Positions 61,032 to 64,000 of a stretch of 64,000 nt of DNA are shown here, in pieces. The DNA is taken from positions 7,367 to 71,366 of the IMG/VR virus record IMGVR_UViG_3300047476_001768; one strand, written 5' to 3'. This DNA is from a virus. Under the pieces are notes generated by a model. The model worked only from the letters and a program-made list of their open reading frames with translations, had not been told where the DNA came from and did not search any database. The first letter of the stretch is position 1, and every line of letters begins with the position of its first letter. Position numbers and translations under genes: made by a program.

Positions 61032-61534
61032 TATCTAAATGGATCAATGTTTTTGTACACTGCAAAGTTTAACATTTTGTCCGTGCTAGGTCTACTGCTG
61101 GTTATCCGCATGCCTGCCATGTAACGTGTAAGATCAATACGAGTGTCACTAAAAAAACTGCCTTTGCGGTGAGTGATATACGCATAATCAGTGATACTTT
61201 TGCACTGATTCAATAGATTAACACCGCCTATGAGCCAAATGGTTTTGTTTGGATACAGATGTTCTAATTCAAGAATTTTACTGTTAAGATCCCCACTGAT
61301 TGTGCGTATGCGCGGATAAGATGAAATGCTGGAATTACTGGCCACAATACAGGTACGTTGCGGCAAAGGTTTTGGCATACGAGGGTCATCCCAAGTACGA
61401 CGTCCCATTATTACAATATGATTGGTGGTAAGTTCTTTAAACCATGTCATATCTTCTGGATGATGTCGCCAAGGCAGTGTTCCCCGATTGCCAATTCCTC
61501 CGGTTTGGTCAACTGAAAAAATGCTTGCTATCAT
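61031..61534 (-). CDS. folA: Dihydrofolate reductase
   Basis: 167 aa. IG..GTLPW...ED..WFK..T, IMGRRTW, PLP.R, IGG. Confidence 0.93.
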   Translation of the reverse strand: MIASIFSVDQTGGIGNRGTLPWRHHPEDMTWFKELTTNHIVIMGRRTWDDPRMPKPLPQRTCIVASNSSISSYPRIRTISGDLNSKILELEHLYPNKTIWLIGGVNLLNQCKSITDYAYITHRKGSFFSDTRIDLTRYMAGMRITSSRPSTDKMLNFAVYKNIDPFR

Positions 61535-61535
61535 G

Positions 61536-61859
61536 CTATAGGTTTTTTAAGATGTTATCTGTAACCGGTTGCACAGTGCTTGCCACACTGTCAACATTGA
61601 TAAAAAAATCCACATCTTTGATTATTTCATCAAGTTTTTTCAAACGACTGTTAAGCATGCTTTCAATTTCGTCAGTGTCGTATCCTTGGTCTAGAAGCTC
61701 AAGTACATCTATCTCCACTTGAGTTCCGTCCATGAGATTTACTGTTACCGACTTGATCAATGCTACTGGAACTTCGTCTTTAGTAACACTTTTCAATATG
61801 CTTTTCCATCGTTCTCGTGGGTCAATATTAATGCGCTTGGACTGATTTTTTCTTGGCAT
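61536..61859 (-). CDS. Hypothetical protein
   Basis: 107-aa ORF in a co-directional, tightly packed run. Confidence 0.65.
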   Translation of the reverse strand: MPRKNQSKRINIDPRERWKSILKSVTKDEVPVALIKSVTVNLMDGTQVEIDVLELLDQGYDTDEIESMLNSRLKKLDEIIKDVDFFINVDSVASTVQPVTDNILKNL

Positions 61860-62499
61860 TTGGTTTGGTCTTTAACTTTGGATCAAATTCTGCTGCCTCT
61901 GCCATCAAACGCTCTGCTTCGGCTAGTAGTTGTTGAGCATTGGCTCGCATTTTTTCTGCTTGATCTAATCTTTGTTTTGCTAGATCAGCATCACTTAAGA
62001 TCACATCAGCGGCTTCAGTTAAAGGAACTTGTGCTGGTTGGCCGCGACTGTCTCGAGGCATACCAACTTCACGTGGTTCTGTTGTACGACGTTTTTTACC
62101 AGTCATGCCTGCACTAGCATCAAGTTCTGCCATTCTTTTCACAGCATCTTCACCGCTCTTCATTTCGTTAAGAATCGTATTCAGTTCATCAAGTCGCACG
62201 TTACTCTTGGCATTTGGTGTAACGATAACTTGATTGGTTGGTACCTTCTTGATGAATCCTTCGCGATGCAGAGCTTCTAAGGTATTCCTACCATCTGCCA
62301 TCACATTGCGCCACAACGCATCAGCTAAATTTTCTGCTGCCTGCCCGCTGGCGCTTTCTAACACTTTCATGATTTCATCATGAATCAGTCTAGGCAACAG
62401 ATCACTATAGACCACTAGACACATATGATCTTCGTTTGGTACTTCTCTCCAGAGCAATGCAATCTTGCGATCGTTATGCTTTCCGACGTGTTTTAGCAT
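61828..62499 (-). CDS. Hypothetical protein with C-terminal coiled coil
   Basis: 223 aa, GGAG SD upstream. Confidence 0.7.
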   Translation of the reverse strand: MLKHVGKHNDRKIALLWREVPNEDHMCLVVYSDLLPRLIHDEIMKVLESASGQAAENLADALWRNVMADGRNTLEALHREGFIKKVPTNQVIVTPNAKSNVRLDELNTILNEMKSGEDAVKRMAELDASAGMTGKKRRTTEPREVGMPRDSRGQPAQVPLTEAADVILSDADLAKQRLDQAEKMRANAQQLLAEAERLMAEAAEFDPKLKTKPNAKKKSVQAH

Positions 62500-62743
62500 T
62501 AGCTTTCTCCTGAGTTTGGGTTGATTCTTGAACTGCTTCCGTTGCCGCAGGCGAGTTGGGTCTTTGAATGGCTCCAGATGATTCTAGAAATCCAATCAAT
62601 CGTTCGTAAAAATCTCCAACCACCTTTAGCTCTTCTGCTTTAAACAGACCTTTTGGTGCAGCAGCTTGAATGATTTGCGCGGTGAGTATAAGGTCAGCAA
62701 TGGTTAAATTTGGACCTGTTGGTTGCGCTTGCTCTTCAGACAT
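62474..62743 (-). CDS. Hypothetical protein
   Basis: 89 aa, GGAGG SD upstream. Confidence 0.7.
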   Translation of the reverse strand: MSEEQAQPTGPNLTIADLILTAQIIQAAAPKGLFKAEELKVVGDFYERLIGFLESSGAIQRPNSPAATEAVQESTQTQEKANAKTRRKA

Positions 62744-62759
62744 ACATTTCCTCCGTAAT

Positions 62760-62792
62760 TAACACACAGTATTTAACAACCAATGTGTGTTA
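62760..62792 (-). promoter_or_regulatory. 9-bp inverted repeat enclosing a GTTAAATA late-promoter-like box
   Basis: TAACACACA (62760-62768) and TGTGTGTTA (62784-62792); box at 62770-62777. Confidence 0.5.
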
Positions 62793-62804
62793 GAGAAAAT
62801 TTAT

Positions 62805-63098
62805 TTAGAAGTGATCGTAGGCGTTTATGGTATCAAGAAAGATACCAAAATAGGTAAGTTCACTAGGATCTTCAAAACCTACTTTGTGGCACAGTACCAC
62901 ATTGTTTTTGATTTCTGGAAGCAGAATATAAGTATCTCCCAGAAAGAATCTACTGGAAAGATTTTCGTAAATCCAATCCGAGATGTTCTTTTCGTTGGTT
63001 TTTAGATCAAAGCACAAGGTCTCAAAGTGAGGAGGGCAATGATCTAACCGGCGTAAACCAAATACATTTAATGGGTTTACTTCGTTTTGTTTGAGCAT
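62805..63098 (-). CDS. Small hypothetical phage protein
   Basis: 97 aa, WIYENL...GFEDPSELTYF. Confidence 0.65.
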   Translation of the reverse strand: MLKQNEVNPLNVFGLRRLDHCPPHFETLCFDLKTNEKNISDWIYENLSSRFFLGDTYILLPEIKNNVVLCHKVGFEDPSELTYFGIFLDTINAYDHF

Positions 63099-63280
63099 GG
63101 TTTTTTGAAAATTAAATTTTTATTATAGGTACAAACCAATTCCCAGCCAATTTCACCAAGGTGATTGAGAACCATTTCGTATTCAACAAAGTTATCGTCT
63201 TCGTCTCCTAGCACAGGTATAACTTTATATTCCCATACAGGACTATTTTTTGTTTTAAAAAAATTTAGAATTTTTTGCAT
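63077..63280 (-). CDS. DUF4177-like small protein
   Basis: 67 aa, WEYKV...LN.LG..GWELV...IFKK. Confidence 0.6.
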   Translation of the reverse strand: MQKILNFFKTKNSPVWEYKVIPVLGDEDDNFVEYEMVLNHLGEIGWELVCTYNKNLIFKKPCSNKTK

Positions 63281-63455
63281 AGGTTATAAGTGTGTAAATC
63301 ACATGATTGCTTATCAGTGCTAGACTACACAACACACTGGCTATTAAGAAGTATCTGTTGAGTGGGTAGTAAAGCATAAGAGCCAGACCTATACAAACAG
63401 TACTGAAACACCAACACCAATACCATACAGGAACGCCTCTAAGCCAAGAAATCAT
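63255..63455 (-). CDS. Small membrane protein (two hydrophobic segments)
   Basis: 66 aa from ATG 63455 (ATGA overlap). Confidence 0.45.
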   Translation of the reverse strand: MISWLRGVPVWYWCWCFSTVCIGLALMLYYPLNRYFLIASVLCSLALISNHVIYTLITYAKNSKFF

Positions 63456-63610
63456 TTGCATATGGCTTGTATTTCCTCTACAGTTTTGCCTGCTTTGGCT
63501 AGTTCCACTCTACAGTCTTGTTTGCGCCATTCGCCTACTCCCAATCCTATCAATGGCGCAATCAAAAAGGCCACTATCAGCAAAAGAAATAATTTGTAAT
63601 CTTCGTTCAT
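63452..63610 (-). CDS. Small single-TM protein
   Basis: 52 aa MNEDYKLFLLLIVAFLIAPLIGLGVGEWRKQDCR...; ATGA overlap with the vWA stop. Confidence 0.55.
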   Translation of the reverse strand: MNEDYKLFLLLIVAFLIAPLIGLGVGEWRKQDCRVELAKAGKTVEEIQAICK

Positions 63611-64000
63611 GATGCCTCTCTTGCAGCTTCTTCGTAGTGTGCCCAAACACCAAAAGGCGGTTCGCAATCAGGATTGCCTTTGATAATCCAGCAAGCATCA
63701 CAGTACTGCTCATCACCCCATTCGCCAAACGGCATACCGTCAGTAAACATGATGAACTTCTTGGGTTCAATATTGTTTTCTTTCATGAATTCATAGTTTG
63801 CCATGAAGTCAGTACCACCGCCACCTTGTGGCTGATACCCAGCAATGTCATCAAGATTGTCGCTGGTAAAAATCTGCGGATTGTACACTTCAGTATCAAA
63901 GCACCACACATGGATCTTGTACTCATCGTAGGCTTCCATGATACCCTTGATCTCGGTCATGAAGTCCTTGATGTCGCGCTCGCTAATACTACCTGAAGTA
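63607..64000 (-). CDS. vWA-domain protein (DUF2201-type metallopeptidase/vWA), 3' end
   Basis: Frame open to the window edge: TSGSISERDIKDF (MIDAS DxSxS), FDT.V, GGGGTDF, FTDG. Confidence 0.8.
   Translation of the reverse strand, partial: TSGSISERDIKDFMTEIKGIMEAYDEYKIHVWCFDTEVYNPQIFTSDNLDDIAGYQPQGGGGTDFMANYEFMKENNIEPKKFIMFTDGMPFGEWGDEQYCDACWIIKGNPDCEPPFGVWAHYEEAAREAS

Noticed and set aside
1-64000. Stop-codon reassignment as seen in some large phages
   Set aside because: Coding density is near complete with code 11; TAG and TGA terminate genes at tight junctions (e.g. 4646, 1799, ATGA overlaps).
1-64000. tRNA/rRNA genes, introns, inteins, transposases, integrase, reverse transcriptase/DGR
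   Set aside because: None recognisable by eye, and intergenic gaps are mostly under 90 bp. tRNAscan/Infernal were not run.

Overview
A 64-kb segment of a large T4-like (myovirus-type, probably jumbo) bacteriophage genome in the standard genetic code, with three blocks. (1) 1-36122: the 5' part of a gp55-like late sigma factor (minus strand), then a plus-strand baseplate/tail module: tube-cap-like, gp53, hub, gp5 spike, lysozyme-like, gp25, gp6, a 6288-aa giant protein and two tail fibres. (2) 36115-59535: a dense accessory enzyme island with frequent strand switches that looks AT-richer than its flanks. Its left part resembles an ACP-dependent biosynthetic gene cluster: AcpS, an acyl carrier protein, four Delta9-type membrane desaturases, a fatty-acid hydroxylase, five 2OG-Fe(II)/cupin oxygenase domains, GNAT-like proteins, an SDR, a B12-dependent radical SAM enzyme and two PP-loop ATPases. 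Its right part holds a methyltransferase, two radical SAM proteins, three glycosyltransferase-like genes, a virion-type protein and an NDP-sugar epimerase. T4-late-promoter-like TAAATA boxes sit at every divergent junction of the island, one of them a perfect bidirectional palindrome. (3) 59532-64000: thyA, folA, small hypotheticals and the 3' end of a vWA-domain gene. Best candidate for an undescribed system: a late-expressed, phage-encoded ACP/desaturase/oxygenase/glycosylation pathway inside the tail region, which may decorate virion proteins or remodel the host envelope. All functional calls come from motifs read by eye; no database searches were run.
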